Origin: Acidimicrobiia bacterium | GTDB taxonomy: Bacteria; Actinomycetota; Acidimicrobiia; Spongiisociales; JAENVV01 | Length of the DNA stretch: 50,577 nt | Direction: 5' to 3' | Assembly (NCBI GenBank): GCA_041577335.1 | Contig: JBFGJH010000003.1 | Coordinates: 62,001 to 112,577 of the forward strand | Shown here: in pieces, positions 1 to 9,562 of the stretch | How positions within the stretch are numbered: the first letter of the stretch is position 1 | How the letters are laid out: every line of letters begins with the position of its first letter | Program-made: the position numbers and the translations under genes | The notes under the pieces: generated by a model | The model's database searches: none | What the model was told of the DNA's origin: nothing | The model's input: only the letters and a program-made list of their open reading frames with translations

Positions 1-473
1 CGACCTCGTCCACGTCGACTGCCCCGTTGACTGAAGCCGATTTGCGAGCATCACCCCAGCTATCGGAGAGCGTGGTCGGCGCGGCCGCCGAGAGTTTCGT
101 GTTCGGGTACTTCACGATCGATCCGCAGCGGTCGTCGGGACCGGCTGCCGACCTGGCCGCATCGCTCGGACACATTCCCGAGCAAGCCTCGTATGTCGAG
201 TGGCTGAGCGCCGAGGACGTCACACAGATCGCGCCCGACATGTACCAAGTCAACGTGCGATTCAGACTGGTCCTTCTTGGTGCCGAGCCCGAGAGAATCG
301 ATGGGGCGGTCGTGCAGGTGGCCGTTCAAGCTGTTGATGGTCGATTGGCGGTGCACGGACCCCCCACCCTGTTGGCAATGGAGCCGACCCAGTTGGTTGA
401 ACGCGATGTGCTGAGCGAAGGCGGAGAGGTGGTAGCCGGGCCCGGCGGGATCCCGGTCCTGGCTCAGCCGTAA
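1..473 (+). CDS. Hypothetical protein, 5'-truncated by window edge (weak resemblance to TcpC/NTF2-like domains)
   Basis: Frame is open from position 3 (TSSTSTAPL...) to the stop at 473. AESFVFGYFT segment is reminiscent of TcpC-like proteins. Overlaps the convergent gene by 10 nt. Confidence 0.6.
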   Translation, partial: TSSTSTAPLTEADLRASPQLSESVVGAAAESFVFGYFTIDPQRSSGPAADLAASLGHIPEQASYVEWLSAEDVTQIAPDMYQVNVRFRLVLLGAEPERIDGAVVQVAVQAVDGRLAVHGPPTLLAMEPTQLVERDVLSEGGEVVAGPGGIPVLAQP

Positions 474-718
474 TGTGCCTCTAGGATCGCCTCGGCGGCA
501 GGAGCGATCGTCGCCCAGTCACCTTCGGGGGTTTTCGACAACGTGACAAAATCCGCGGTCATGAAGACACTGCTCACGCCGGGAATCGCGAGCAAGGGAT
601 CGGCAAGTGGGTGCTCGACACTACCCCCCGGGACCAGCGTGAGTGGTCCTCCGACCGGCTGCCCGACGGAGAATTTCAAAGCGTTGGGATTCGGCGTTTG
701 CTCGATCGATATGGCCAC
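464..718 (-). CDS. NifU N-terminal (Nfu_N) domain protein
   Basis: TPNPNALKF and IPGVSSVFMTADFVTLSK motifs. GTG at 718 is preceded by AGGAGG. Confidence 0.85.
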   Translation of the reverse strand: MAISIEQTPNPNALKFSVGQPVGGPLTLVPGGSVEHPLADPLLAIPGVSSVFMTADFVTLSKTPEGDWATIAPAAEAILEAHYG

Positions 719-749
719 GACACCTCCTGAATGGCCAGGGTAGCGAGCA

Positions 750-2681
750 ATGGAGCTCGGCATCGACGTCGGAGGAACGTTTACTGATGTTGTGGCCTGG
801 GACGGCACCCGAGTTTCGGTTGGCAAGGTTTCCACCAGCGGAGACCAGTCGGAGGGCGTCATCGCGGCTGCGGCCGAGGTGAGTGATTCGCCGGTTGACC
901 GACTGATTCATGGGACCACCGTCGCCACGAACGCCTTGCTCGAGCGGACCGGGGCACGGGTGGCGTTGGTGACTACGAAGGGCTTCGAGGATGTCCTCGA
1001 GATCGGCCGGCAGAATCGCCGCCATCTCTACGCCCCCTGGTCGCGTCGTCCCGAGCCTCTCGTGAGCCGCGATCGGCGGTTTGGAGTGGGCAGCGAACCT
1101 CTGGGTAGCCTGCCTGCCGCTTTGGCTTCGAGCGGGGCCGAGGTGTTTGCGGTGGCCCTTCTCTATGGCTACCTGGACCCGGAATCAGAGATCCGGATCG
1201 CCGAGCTCATTCGAGAGCGAATCGGGCGGGACACCCACGTGTCCACGTCGGCAGCCGTCAGCGGAGAGTTTCGAGAGTTCGAGCGCACCTCCACCACGGT
1301 CCTCAACGCGTACCTGTACCCGGTGATGTCGGGGTATCTGTCGAACCTCGAGGATCGCGCCGCGGTGTTGCCTGGAGCGCCCCTGATCACCGTGATGCGC
1401 TCTTCGGGCGGGCTCATGACCGTGGGTCGGTGCGTTGATCTGCCGGCCGCCGCCCTCTTGTCCGGACCGGCCGGCGGAGTGGTTGCCTCGGCCGAGCTGG
1501 GCCGGGACCTGGCCATCGAGAGGCTGATCTCGTTCGACATGGGCGGCACATCAACGGATGTCTGCCGTATCGAGAACGGGCGGCCCGAGGTCATGTACGA
1601 ACGGGCGATCGAAGGCTATGCCTGCCGCCTCCCTTCGGTGGCCGTTCACACGGTGGGCGCAGGCGGAGGATCGCTGGCGTGGATCGACGATGGTGGGGCG
1701 CTGCGGGTGGGGCCGCGGAGCGCCGGAGCCCATCCCGGCCCGGCTTGCTACGACAGGGGCGGGAGAACGCCAACCGTCACTGATGCCAACGTCGTGCTCG
1801 GAAGGATCGCAGGCGGCGCAAGGCTGGGAGCGGAGGTAGCTGTGCGGCGGGATCTCGCCGAGTCGGCTGTCGCCCGAATCGGATCAGAACTCGGGTTGGA
1901 TGTTCCCTCGACCGCTGCCGGGATCATCGAGATAGCCAACGCTCATATGGAGCGAGCCATCCGAGCTGTGTCGGTGGAGCAGGGAGCTGACCCTCGGCGA
2001 GCCTGGTTGGTGGCTTTCGGAGGTGCGGGAGCCCTTCATGCATCTGCGCTCGGGAGGGCGCTCCACATGCCGGGAGCTCTCGTCCCACCCCACGCCGGCG
2101 TCTTCTCGGCGCTGGGCCTCCTGCTCAGTGCGCCTCGGGACGAGATGGCGCGTTCCTTGGCGCCAGATGACGACCCACTGCAACATGCCGACGAGGTTGC
2201 GCAGGTGGTGAGCGAGCGTTTCGCCTCCGACGTTGGTCGACCACCAGACGAGATCATTCGCTCGGTCGATATGCGATACCGGGGCCAATCACACGAGATG
2301 AACATCGTTTTTGGAGGAGCGGACGAATGGACAGTGATCGTGGAGCGGTTCCACCGTGCCCATCACCAGCGCAACGGATTCAGCGATCGGGCTCGTCCGG
2401 TCGAAGTCACCACGGTGCGTGCGTCTGTGCGGGGAACGCCCGTGATGCGCTGGGATGACGTGCCGCCGGTCAGCGCTCGAGGTGAGCCAGACAGAGGTCG
2501 ACGGCAAGTGATGTTCGCAGGCTCGTGGCACGAGTCGGCCGTGTGGTGGAGACCCGCGTTGCAGGCCGGGGCCAGGCTTTCTGGGCCGGCTGTCGTGGAG
2601 GAGCCCGAGGCGACGATCCTGTTGGAGCCGGGAGACATGGCAATCGTCGGGGAACGGGGCGAGTTGGAGGTGACGTGGTGA
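750..2681 (+). CDS. Hydantoinase/5-oxoprolinase family, subunit A (ATP-binding)
   Basis: GIDVGGTFTD, HGTTVATNALLER, SGPAGG, DMGGTSTD, GAGGGS, GPRSAGAHPGPACY motifs. Confidence 0.95.
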   Translation: MELGIDVGGTFTDVVAWDGTRVSVGKVSTSGDQSEGVIAAAAEVSDSPVDRLIHGTTVATNALLERTGARVALVTTKGFEDVLEIGRQNRRHLYAPWSRRPEPLVSRDRRFGVGSEPLGSLPAALASSGAEVFAVALLYGYLDPESEIRIAELIRERIGRDTHVSTSAAVSGEFREFERTSTTVLNAYLYPVMSGYLSNLEDRAAVLPGAPLITVMRSSGGLMTVGRCVDLPAAALLSGPAGGVVASAELGRDLAIERLISFDMGGTSTDVCRIENGRPEVMYERAIEGYACRLPSVAVHTVGAGGGSLAWIDDGGALRVGPRSAGAHPGPACYDRGGRTPTVTDANVVLGRIAGGARLGAEVAVRRDLAESAVARIGSELGLDVPSTAAGIIEIANAHMERAIRAVSVEQGADPRRAWLVAFGGAGALHASALGRALHMPGALVPPHAGVFSALGLLLSAPRDEMARSLAPDDDPLQHADEVAQVVSERFASDVGRPPDEIIRSVDMRYRGQSHEMNIVFGGADEWTVIVERFHRAHHQRNGFSDRARPVEVTTVRASVRGTPVMRWDDVPPVSARGEPDRGRRQVMFAGSWHESAVWWRPALQAGARLSGPAVVEEPEATILLEPGDMAIVGERGELEVTW

Positions 2682-4225
2682 TCGGCCCGGTCGAGCTCGA
2701 GATTGCTCGCCATCAGTTTGCTGCCGTGGCCGACGAGATGGGCATCGTGCTGCGAAGGACCTCGTTTTCGCCCAACATCAAGGAGCGGGCGGATTGCTCT
2801 GCGGCTGTGTTCGTGCCGAGCGGCGAGATGTTGGCCCAGGCAGAGCACATCCCCGTTCACCTCGGGTCGATGCCGGCCTCGATTTCGGCGATTGCCGCGC
2901 TCGATGTGGTCGCGGGACGGCAGTACGCCGTCAACGATCCGTACCGGGGTGGCACCCATCTCAACGACCTCACACTGGTGAAGCCGGTATTCATGGGGAG
3001 CGATCACATCGGGTGGGTAGCCAATCGGGCCCATCACGCCGACGTCGGGGGCGAGGCCCCCGGCTCCATGCCGGCGCATGCGACACGCCTCGAACAAGAA
3101 GGACATGTGGTCGGCCCAACGGTGGCTGTGATCGACGGTCGCTGGGTTGAAACGTTCATCGAGCCCTTCCTGGCGGCAACGCGCACCCCAGAGGAGCGGC
3201 GGGGTGACCTCGCGGCGCAGATGGGCGCCAACGAGGTGGGAGCGGCCCGATTGTCCGGTCTCGCGGCCGCACTCGGGATCGATGCTTTCATGTCCACGAG
3301 TTCGGCTCTGCTCGACTATGGCGAACGCCGGGCGTCTGCCGCAATCGCGGCTCTTCCACAAGGGGTGTTCCGATTCACCGACCACATGGAATGGAAAGGC
3401 GACCTCCTCCCGATCATGGTGAGCCTGTCCGTGCACGGCGACTCGATCACGGCCGATTTCGCCGGCACACACCATCAGGTCGACGGCAACATCAATGCGG
3501 TGGAGGCAGTCACTCGTTCGTGCCTGTATTACGCCGCCCGGGTAGCCACCGATCCCGAGATGCCGGCCAATGGCGGCGTCTACCGGCGTGTGCGCTTGGT
3601 GGCTCCAGAAGGGACACTCGTGAATGCCCGGCCGGGTGCGGCCGTTGCCGCGGGCAACGTCGAGACCTCGCAGCGGATCGCCGACGCCCTCCTTGGGGCA
3701 TTCGCCGAAGCAGCACCAGATCGGGTGCCGGCGGCATCACAGGGAACCATGAACAATGTGCTCATCGGGAATGATCGGTTCGCCTACTACGAGACTCTCG
3801 CTGGTGGACAAGGCGGATCACCTTTTGGGCCAGGCGAATCCGGAGTTCACACCGGCATGACGAACACGTTGAACACCCCGATCGAGTCGCTTGAGCAGCA
3901 TTACCCGTTCCGCGTCGAGCGCTACCGGTTGAGAGAGGGCTCTGGTGGGCAAGGACGGCATTCAGGGGGCGACGGCATCGAACGCATTATCCGCTTCGAC
4001 GAGGCGGCAACGGTATCGCTGATGGGAGAACGCCGGATCCTGGCGCCGTGGGGACTGGCGGGAGGGGAGCCTGGCTTGTGCGGCGCAGATTTCGTGAGTC
4101 GCCACGGAGGTAGTTGGGAACCGCTCGAGGGCAAAGTCACGCTGGAGGTGGAGGCCGGTGATCGGCTGAAGGTGGAGACCCCTGGTGGCGGGGGATGGGG
4201 CGAGGGAGGCGATGCGGCACGGTAG
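2678..4225 (+). CDS. Hydantoinase B/oxoprolinase family protein
   Basis: SPNIKERADCS, HIPVHLGSM, NDPYRGGTHLND, HHADVGG, TPGGGGWG motifs. GTG start overlaps the upstream stop (GTGA). Confidence 0.95.
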   Translation: MIGPVELEIARHQFAAVADEMGIVLRRTSFSPNIKERADCSAAVFVPSGEMLAQAEHIPVHLGSMPASISAIAALDVVAGRQYAVNDPYRGGTHLNDLTLVKPVFMGSDHIGWVANRAHHADVGGEAPGSMPAHATRLEQEGHVVGPTVAVIDGRWVETFIEPFLAATRTPEERRGDLAAQMGANEVGAARLSGLAAALGIDAFMSTSSALLDYGERRASAAIAALPQGVFRFTDHMEWKGDLLPIMVSLSVHGDSITADFAGTHHQVDGNINAVEAVTRSCLYYAARVATDPEMPANGGVYRRVRLVAPEGTLVNARPGAAVAAGNVETSQRIADALLGAFAEAAPDRVPAASQGTMNNVLIGNDRFAYYETLAGGQGGSPFGPGESGVHTGMTNTLNTPIESLEQHYPFRVERYRLREGSGGQGRHSGGDGIERIIRFDEAATVSLMGERRILAPWGLAGGEPGLCGADFVSRHGGSWEPLEGKVTLEVEAGDRLKVETPGGGGWGEGGDAAR

Positions 4226-4230
4226 GACGA

Positions 4231-4533
4231 GCCGGTCTGGAAAGACGGGCGTTTCTGGAAACAGGCCCGACCTGCGTTCGTGTTCCCTCTTCTTCCCAGC
4301 CCCGTGCACGCGTGGGGGGCCATCGGGTTCTGGCGAACCCGTGTCGCGACGTCCCGGGCGTAGGGAGGGTCTTCACCGCCTTCGCAACCCAACCGTGCGG
4401 CCAGGCACGCCGCGGCAAGAGCGCAGGCCCCTCGGGCGCATTGGGGTAGTCGGCGCGCGGGCCGTTGCCAGTGCCGCATTCTCCGCTCCCATTCCTCCCC
4501 GACAGCCGGCGGGCTCAGTCGGCAGGTCGGTCG
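4231..4533 (-). ncRNA. Candidate structured ncRNA, Ms1-like (possible RNA-polymerase-binding RNA)
   Basis: 377-bp gap between convergent genes. A perfect 9-bp end-to-end stem (4267-4275 with 4522-4530) encloses ~250 nt with several internal hairpins and two purine-rich unpaired strands. Collinear short motifs resemble Ms1 as recalled. Strand and ends are uncertain. Confidence 0.45.
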
Positions 4534-4602
4534 TGTCAGGTTTCCCGCATCCCGTGTGACCTATGACCGAAACCGATGTGACCAGGCCTTCGTGAGCGAC
4601 TG

Positions 4603-5343
4603 TCAGAATCGTTCGGGGTTATCGAAGCTCGGATGGATGATCAGAATCTCGCCCCCGCGCTCGGTCATCACCGGCTCGATGCGTGGTGGATCCTCCCGCC
4701 GGGCCTTGGTCGCTTCCACTGCTTCGGAGGCGGAGTCAAATGCGAGCAGCCCTGCGAGGTTCTTGCGGGTGGGAAGGATGATCGAGACCCGGTCTTCTCG
4801 CGCCGCCGCCAGCGCCGCCGCCGGCGTAATCCAGAAGGAATCGGTGGTTTCGGTGCCGTCGTGCTTGGCATCGTGGTCTCGCTGAACCGCGCAGACATAG
4901 AAGCGCGTGTCGAACCGCCGATGCGGTCCCTCCGGAGTCACCCACCAGCTCCACCAAGCGAGGGACGAGAGCGCCAGCTGGGCATCGTGACGGCGGAGCC
5001 ACGGCCGCCAATCCCAGTGCTCGCCGCGCGTCGAGAGGCGCGTTCGAGCTGTCGCAACGTTTGCTTGGCTGGCGAGGGGTCGGGTGGTCAGCAGGATGCC
5101 CGATTCTTCAAACGTCTCGCGCACGGCTGCGGCTCGAAACCCGACGTCGTCGGTGATGGCATCGGCCAGGTCGGCTGGGAGCCCGTCGTCTTGCTCGTCG
5201 ACTTTGCCGCCAGGGAATACATAGGCTCCGCCGACGAAATCCGAGTCGAGATGGCGCTGGAGCATGAATACCTCGATGCCGTCTGCTCCGTCCCGCAGCA
5301 CCATCACGGTGGCAGCACGAACAGGGATCACAGTGGCGGGCAC
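4603..5343 (-). CDS. NUDIX hydrolase (NUDT19-like)
   Basis: VFPGGKVD...AAVRETFEESG Nudix box; WVTP...RRFDTRFY. Confidence 0.9.
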   Translation of the reverse strand: MPATVIPVRAATVMVLRDGADGIEVFMLQRHLDSDFVGGAYVFPGGKVDEQDDGLPADLADAITDDVGFRAAAVRETFEESGILLTTRPLASQANVATARTRLSTRGEHWDWRPWLRRHDAQLALSSLAWWSWWVTPEGPHRRFDTRFYVCAVQRDHDAKHDGTETTDSFWITPAAALAAAREDRVSIILPTRKNLAGLLAFDSASEAVEATKARREDPPRIEPVMTERGGEILIIHPSFDNPERF

Positions 5344-5430
5344 GCCGGCAGGCTAGCTGGCGGGTGCGAGCGGCCACCGCCGGCCAGGCGCCAGTTTCGC
5401 CGGAAGCGAGGCGGTCTAACCTCTGGGCGA

Positions 5431-6744
5431 ATGATTGAGCGCTATTCCCTCCCCGAGATGTCGGCCATCTGGTCGGAGCAGAACAAGTTCGACATCTGGA
5501 AAGAGGTCGAAACCCTCGTTGTCGAGGCTTGGGCAGAGATCGGCGTTGCCCCACGCGAAGCAGCCGAGGCTGTCCGGGCTGCGCCACGCGTCGGTGCCGA
5601 TGCCGTGTCCGAGCGAGAAGCGATCACCAATCACGATGTAGCCGCCTTTGTGGATCTGCTGGCCGCGTCGGTGGGCGGTGGCGGCGGTGCATGGGTCCAT
5701 TACGGCCTCACCTCCTCAGACGTTCTCGATACAGCGAACGGGGTGCGCCTGAAGGAGGCGGGGGTGCTGCTCTTGGCGCGTGTACGAGCGTTGTTCGAGG
5801 TCATCCGAGCGAAGGCTCTGGAGCATCGCGAGACGGTGATGATCGGTCGCACGCACGGGATCTGGGCCGAGCCGACGACCTTCGGGCTCAAACTCGCCAC
5901 CTGGGCCTTCGAAATGGCGCGCGATTACGAGCGACTCCAACATGCCGTAGCGGCGGTCTCGGTTGGCAAGATCTCAGGTGCGGTGGGGACTTATGCTCAC
6001 ACGCCGCCGCAGGTCGAATCGTATGTTTGTGGGGAATTGGGTATTGCGGTGGAATCTGCTTCGTCGCAGATCACCCACCGCGATCGGCATGCAGAGTTTC
6101 TCAGTTGTATCGCCCTGGTGGGCGCCTCCATCGAGCGATTCTCAACGGAGATCCGCCACCTCCAGCGGAGCGAGGTCGGAGAGGTGCGCGAAGCGTTCGG
6201 AAAGGGCCAGAAGGGCTCATCGGCCATGCCTCACAAACGGAACCCGATTCTGAGCGAGCGGATGGCGGGAATGGCCCGCTTGTTGCGGGGCTATGCCCAG
6301 GTCGGGCTCGAGAACATTGCCCTCTGGCACGAACGGGACATTTCCCACTCGTCAGCTGAGCGGGTTGTTCTACCCGACGCGTGTCTCGTCCTCGATTACA
6401 TGGCCGTGAAGTTCGCCGGCCTCGTGGAGTCCCTCGTGGTCGATGGCGAGCGGATGGCTGGGAACCTCGCCGCGACCCGCGGCCTGGTGTTCAGCCAGGC
6501 CATACTCCTTCAGCTAACCCAGCAAGGTCTGTCGCGCGACGAGGCCTATCGGATCGTGCAGGGTCACGCATTGCAGGTCTGGGATGGAGGGGGCACATTG
6601 AGGGCGTCGTTGGAGTCCGACCCGGAAGTGCCGTTGACGGCCGAGCAGCTCGACGAGGCCTTCTCCACGGGATGGTTCCTCCGCAACTCGGGAATCGTCT
6701 GGGAGCGACTCGATGGGCTGCAGCTGGCTCCTGCTCAGGGCTGA
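5431..6744 (+). CDS. purB: Adenylosuccinate lyase
   Basis: MIERYS start, HYGLTSSD, GRTHG, signature SSAMPHKRNP, WHERDISHSS. Confidence 0.97.
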   Translation: MIERYSLPEMSAIWSEQNKFDIWKEVETLVVEAWAEIGVAPREAAEAVRAAPRVGADAVSEREAITNHDVAAFVDLLAASVGGGGGAWVHYGLTSSDVLDTANGVRLKEAGVLLLARVRALFEVIRAKALEHRETVMIGRTHGIWAEPTTFGLKLATWAFEMARDYERLQHAVAAVSVGKISGAVGTYAHTPPQVESYVCGELGIAVESASSQITHRDRHAEFLSCIALVGASIERFSTEIRHLQRSEVGEVREAFGKGQKGSSAMPHKRNPILSERMAGMARLLRGYAQVGLENIALWHERDISHSSAERVVLPDACLVLDYMAVKFAGLVESLVVDGERMAGNLAATRGLVFSQAILLQLTQQGLSRDEAYRIVQGHALQVWDGGGTLRASLESDPEVPLTAEQLDEAFSTGWFLRNSGIVWERLDGLQLAPAQG

Positions 6745-7649
6745 GCGCTCACCTCGGTGAGCCACGCCGCTCCTCTGACTCCCGACGAATCCCCGTGGGC
6801 GGCGGCAATGAGTTTGGTCTCCACCGTGTCCGAGAGCACGTGGTCGCCCCACATCTGCGGCACGAGCTCGTACACAGATTCGATGTTGCTGACCCCACCG
6901 CCCAGAACGATGACGTGAGGGTCGAGAAGATTGATGACCGCAGCCAATGCCTTCGCCAGTCTCAGGCAATACAACTCAACGGTCTGCATTGCATTCGTCT
7001 CGCCCGCCGCGGCCCGTTGAGCCACGGTTGTGGCAGGCACTTCTTCGTGGGCGAGATCGCGATATGTCCTCGCCAGCCCGCGACCGGACAGGAACGTCTC
7101 GATGCATCCGCTCCTCCCGCAGTAGCAGTCGGGCCCTGGTCGTTCCGTTTCATCTGGGGCCGGAAGTGGGTTGTGCCCCCACTCGCCTGTTATTGCGTTC
7201 GGTCCCCGCACCAGCGACTGGCGAACCACGATTCCTCCGCCAACGCCTGTCCCGATGATCACGCCGAAGACGATCTCATATCCGGACCCGGCCCCGTCTT
7301 GCGCTTCGGACAAGGCCAGACAGTCGGCGTCGTTGGCGAGAGCCACAGGTCGGCGCAACGCAGTGGCGAGGTCCTGTGCCAGAGGACGACCGTTGAGCAC
7401 CGTCGTGTTCGAGTTCTTGATGAGACCCGTCACGGGCGAGATTGCTCCGGGATGCCCGACGCCGATCGATTGCGGTGAGCCGACCGCGCCAGTTGCTTCG
7501 TCAACAAGGCGCACGATCGTCGATATCATCGAGTCGTAGTCGGCCGACGGCGTAGGCGTCCTGAAACGGGCAATGAACTCGCCTTTTTCGTCGAGAACGG
7601 CGATCTCGGTTTTGGTGCCTCCCAGATCGATCCCAAACCTGTATGCCAT
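6735..7649 (-). CDS. mak: ROK family sugar kinase (fructokinase, Mak-like)
   Basis: GIDLGGTK, GEWGHNPLP, CYCGRSGCIETFLSG, HGDSSGVRGAAWL. Confidence 0.9.
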   Translation of the reverse strand: MAYRFGIDLGGTKTEIAVLDEKGEFIARFRTPTPSADYDSMISTIVRLVDEATGAVGSPQSIGVGHPGAISPVTGLIKNSNTTVLNGRPLAQDLATALRRPVALANDADCLALSEAQDGAGSGYEIVFGVIIGTGVGGGIVVRQSLVRGPNAITGEWGHNPLPAPDETERPGPDCYCGRSGCIETFLSGRGLARTYRDLAHEEVPATTVAQRAAAGETNAMQTVELYCLRLAKALAAVINLLDPHVIVLGGGVSNIESVYELVPQMWGDHVLSDTVETKLIAAAHGDSSGVRGAAWLTEVSAQP

Positions 7650-7681
7650 CCGGGTACGGTACCTGAAGCGTATTGAGGCAG

Positions 7682-8356
7682 ATGGGCGTACTCACGGACC
7701 TGAAAAGCGATCTGCGAGAGTTCGGTGATCGAACCGGCTCATGGTTCGACGCGTTCATCGCTCCATTGGTATTCGTCGTCGTGAACTCGCTCGCCGGCAC
7801 CCGGCCGGCAGCGGGAGCCGCCATCGCCCTGGCGGTTGGCTTGGTGGTGTGGCGTGTGGCCCGCCGCCAGCCCATACGGTATGCCATCGCCGGAGTCGGC
7901 GGGACCCTCTTCGCTTCTGCTCTGGCGGCCTACAGCGACCGAGGGGAGGCCTACTTCCTTCCCGGCGTCGTGACCAGCGCGGCCTATTCGCTCGTCTTCT
8001 TTGCCACCGTCGTCTGGGGCAAGCCCGCTGTTGCGTGGGCGTCGCACTGGTCTCGCCGCTTTCCGAAGGAGTGGTATTGGCACCCGCGAATCCGCCCGGC
8101 CTACACGGAGACGACGGTGATGTGGGGCGCGTTCTTCGTTGTCCGGGCGGGGTTCTTGGGAAGAGCCGTCGTGAACGAGGATGTGGTGGAAGCGGCGACC
8201 ATCCGGATACTGGGCGGGTGGCCGGCGATCATCGGGCTGATTGTGGTCACCCAGATCTATGGCAGATGGCGTTTGCGTCGACTCGGCGGCCCGTCCATCC
8301 GGGAATTCGAGACGGGCGTGACCCCGCCGTGGCTCGGGCATGCGGGTGGCTTCTAG
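7682..8356 (+). CDS. DUF3159 family membrane protein
   Basis: Multi-TM protein with the GEAYFLPG and AYTETTVMW pattern typical of actinobacterial DUF3159. Confidence 0.75.
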   Translation: MGVLTDLKSDLREFGDRTGSWFDAFIAPLVFVVVNSLAGTRPAAGAAIALAVGLVVWRVARRQPIRYAIAGVGGTLFASALAAYSDRGEAYFLPGVVTSAAYSLVFFATVVWGKPAVAWASHWSRRFPKEWYWHPRIRPAYTETTVMWGAFFVVRAGFLGRAVVNEDVVEAATIRILGGWPAIIGLIVVTQIYGRWRLRRLGGPSIREFETGVTPPWLGHAGGF

Positions 8357-9495
8357 CCGGCCGCGCTCTCGGTCGCAGCCATCATGAGCTCGTTGAAAGA
8401 AGCAGTTGGCAGCAGGACGGCAGCCCCACCGGTGGTGCGGTAGTCCTCTGTCTCCAATGCCACCCTTATCACCGAATCCTGGCTGAGGCCGCGGAAGTTC
8501 CATGCAACCTGGGCGGCACCCGGCAGCGTCCAGGTGTCGTCGAGGCGGACACTGTCTGTTACCTCATCGGCGACCTGGACGAAGGACGTCAGCGAGCCGA
8601 ATGAGTCGAGCTTCTCGAGAAGTTTGAAAAGCACTTCCTGCTGCTGGTCTTGGCGACTGAAGTCGTCGACCGCCATCTTCTGCCATTCCCCCCCGATGAA
8701 CTGGCGCGCTTGGCGAGAACGCACGTATGCGAGGGCCACGGTTCCATTGGCATTGAAGCAGCCGGCGGGAACGTCGAGATGGGATTTGTAATCGAGCGTC
8801 GGATAGTCAAAGCACAACTCGACACCTCCCAGGATGTCGACGATGCGGGCGAAGCCGTCGAAGTCGAACGTCGCGAAGTGATCCACCTCGATGCCGGTGA
8901 ACTCGCTGACGGCGGTCGACACGAGCGTTGGTCCGTTGATCTCTTCGCCGCAGCCGTTGAGGTTGGCGTTGATTCGAGCGTTGAGGCCCGTGCACGGGGA
9001 CTCGACGTAGAGATCTCTGGGAATCGAGACGATGATCGGCTGGCTCCCGTCGGTCGGCTCGATGAGATAGATCAGAACATCGGCAAGCCCTCCCGAGGCG
9101 TCGGCACCGATGATGAGGATGGTGTCGTAGTCTTCGTCGGGCAGTACCGGGCTCACGCCGAAATCGAGATCCTGGTTGCGGTCGACGAGGCGGCCGGCGT
9201 TGCGCGCTTGCTCGATCAAGGCGAGTAGGTCGGGATCTGTTATCTCTTCGTACGCTTCGAGCGCCTCGAACTCATCCGCGAGGTCTTCTGCGGTTTCTTC
9301 GTCCAGGTTGCCGACGGCATCCTCGACGACCTCTTGGCTCCCAAACGGAATCTGTTCGACGCTGTTGAACCACCCGAGTGCGGCAGCCACCGTTCCCAGG
9401 CCGAGTACCACCACGAGGGCTCCGCCGCCAATGGCCCAACGGGCCCTCTTGGACTCGGGCAGGGGGATCTTTTCGAGGAATGCGAAACGGGCCAT
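8353..9495 (-). CDS. LCP (LytR-CpsA-Psr) family cell-envelope phosphotransferase
   Basis: N-terminal TM anchor; SIPRDLYV, RINA, GFARIVDILGGV, ALAYVRSR, DFSRQDQQQ. Start chosen at ATG 9495, preceded by a TACCAT -10-like hexamer. Confidence 0.9.
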   Translation of the reverse strand: MARFAFLEKIPLPESKRARWAIGGGALVVVLGLGTVAAALGWFNSVEQIPFGSQEVVEDAVGNLDEETAEDLADEFEALEAYEEITDPDLLALIEQARNAGRLVDRNQDLDFGVSPVLPDEDYDTILIIGADASGGLADVLIYLIEPTDGSQPIIVSIPRDLYVESPCTGLNARINANLNGCGEEINGPTLVSTAVSEFTGIEVDHFATFDFDGFARIVDILGGVELCFDYPTLDYKSHLDVPAGCFNANGTVALAYVRSRQARQFIGGEWQKMAVDDFSRQDQQQEVLFKLLEKLDSFGSLTSFVQVADEVTDSVRLDDTWTLPGAAQVAWNFRGLSQDSVIRVALETEDYRTTGGAAVLLPTASFNELMMAATESAAG

Positions 9496-9562
9496 GACGG
9501 TGAATGGTACGCGACGCGACGATTCATGCGAACTCATCCGCAGCCGGCGGTAATCTCGGCAC

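Noticed and set aside
1..473. Edge of a conjugative element (TcpC-like gene)
   Set aside because: Similarity is weak, and no relaxase, VirB4, integrase or att site is visible.
4137..4559. Several small ORFs across the 4226-4602 gap
   Set aside because: Arg/Pro/Gly-rich, motif-less and overlapping the hydantoinase B end; an RNA structure explains the region better.
4633..5430. 266-aa N-terminal extension of purB in the ORF track
   Set aside because: Overlaps the antisense NUDIX gene; PurB homology begins at MIERYS (5431).
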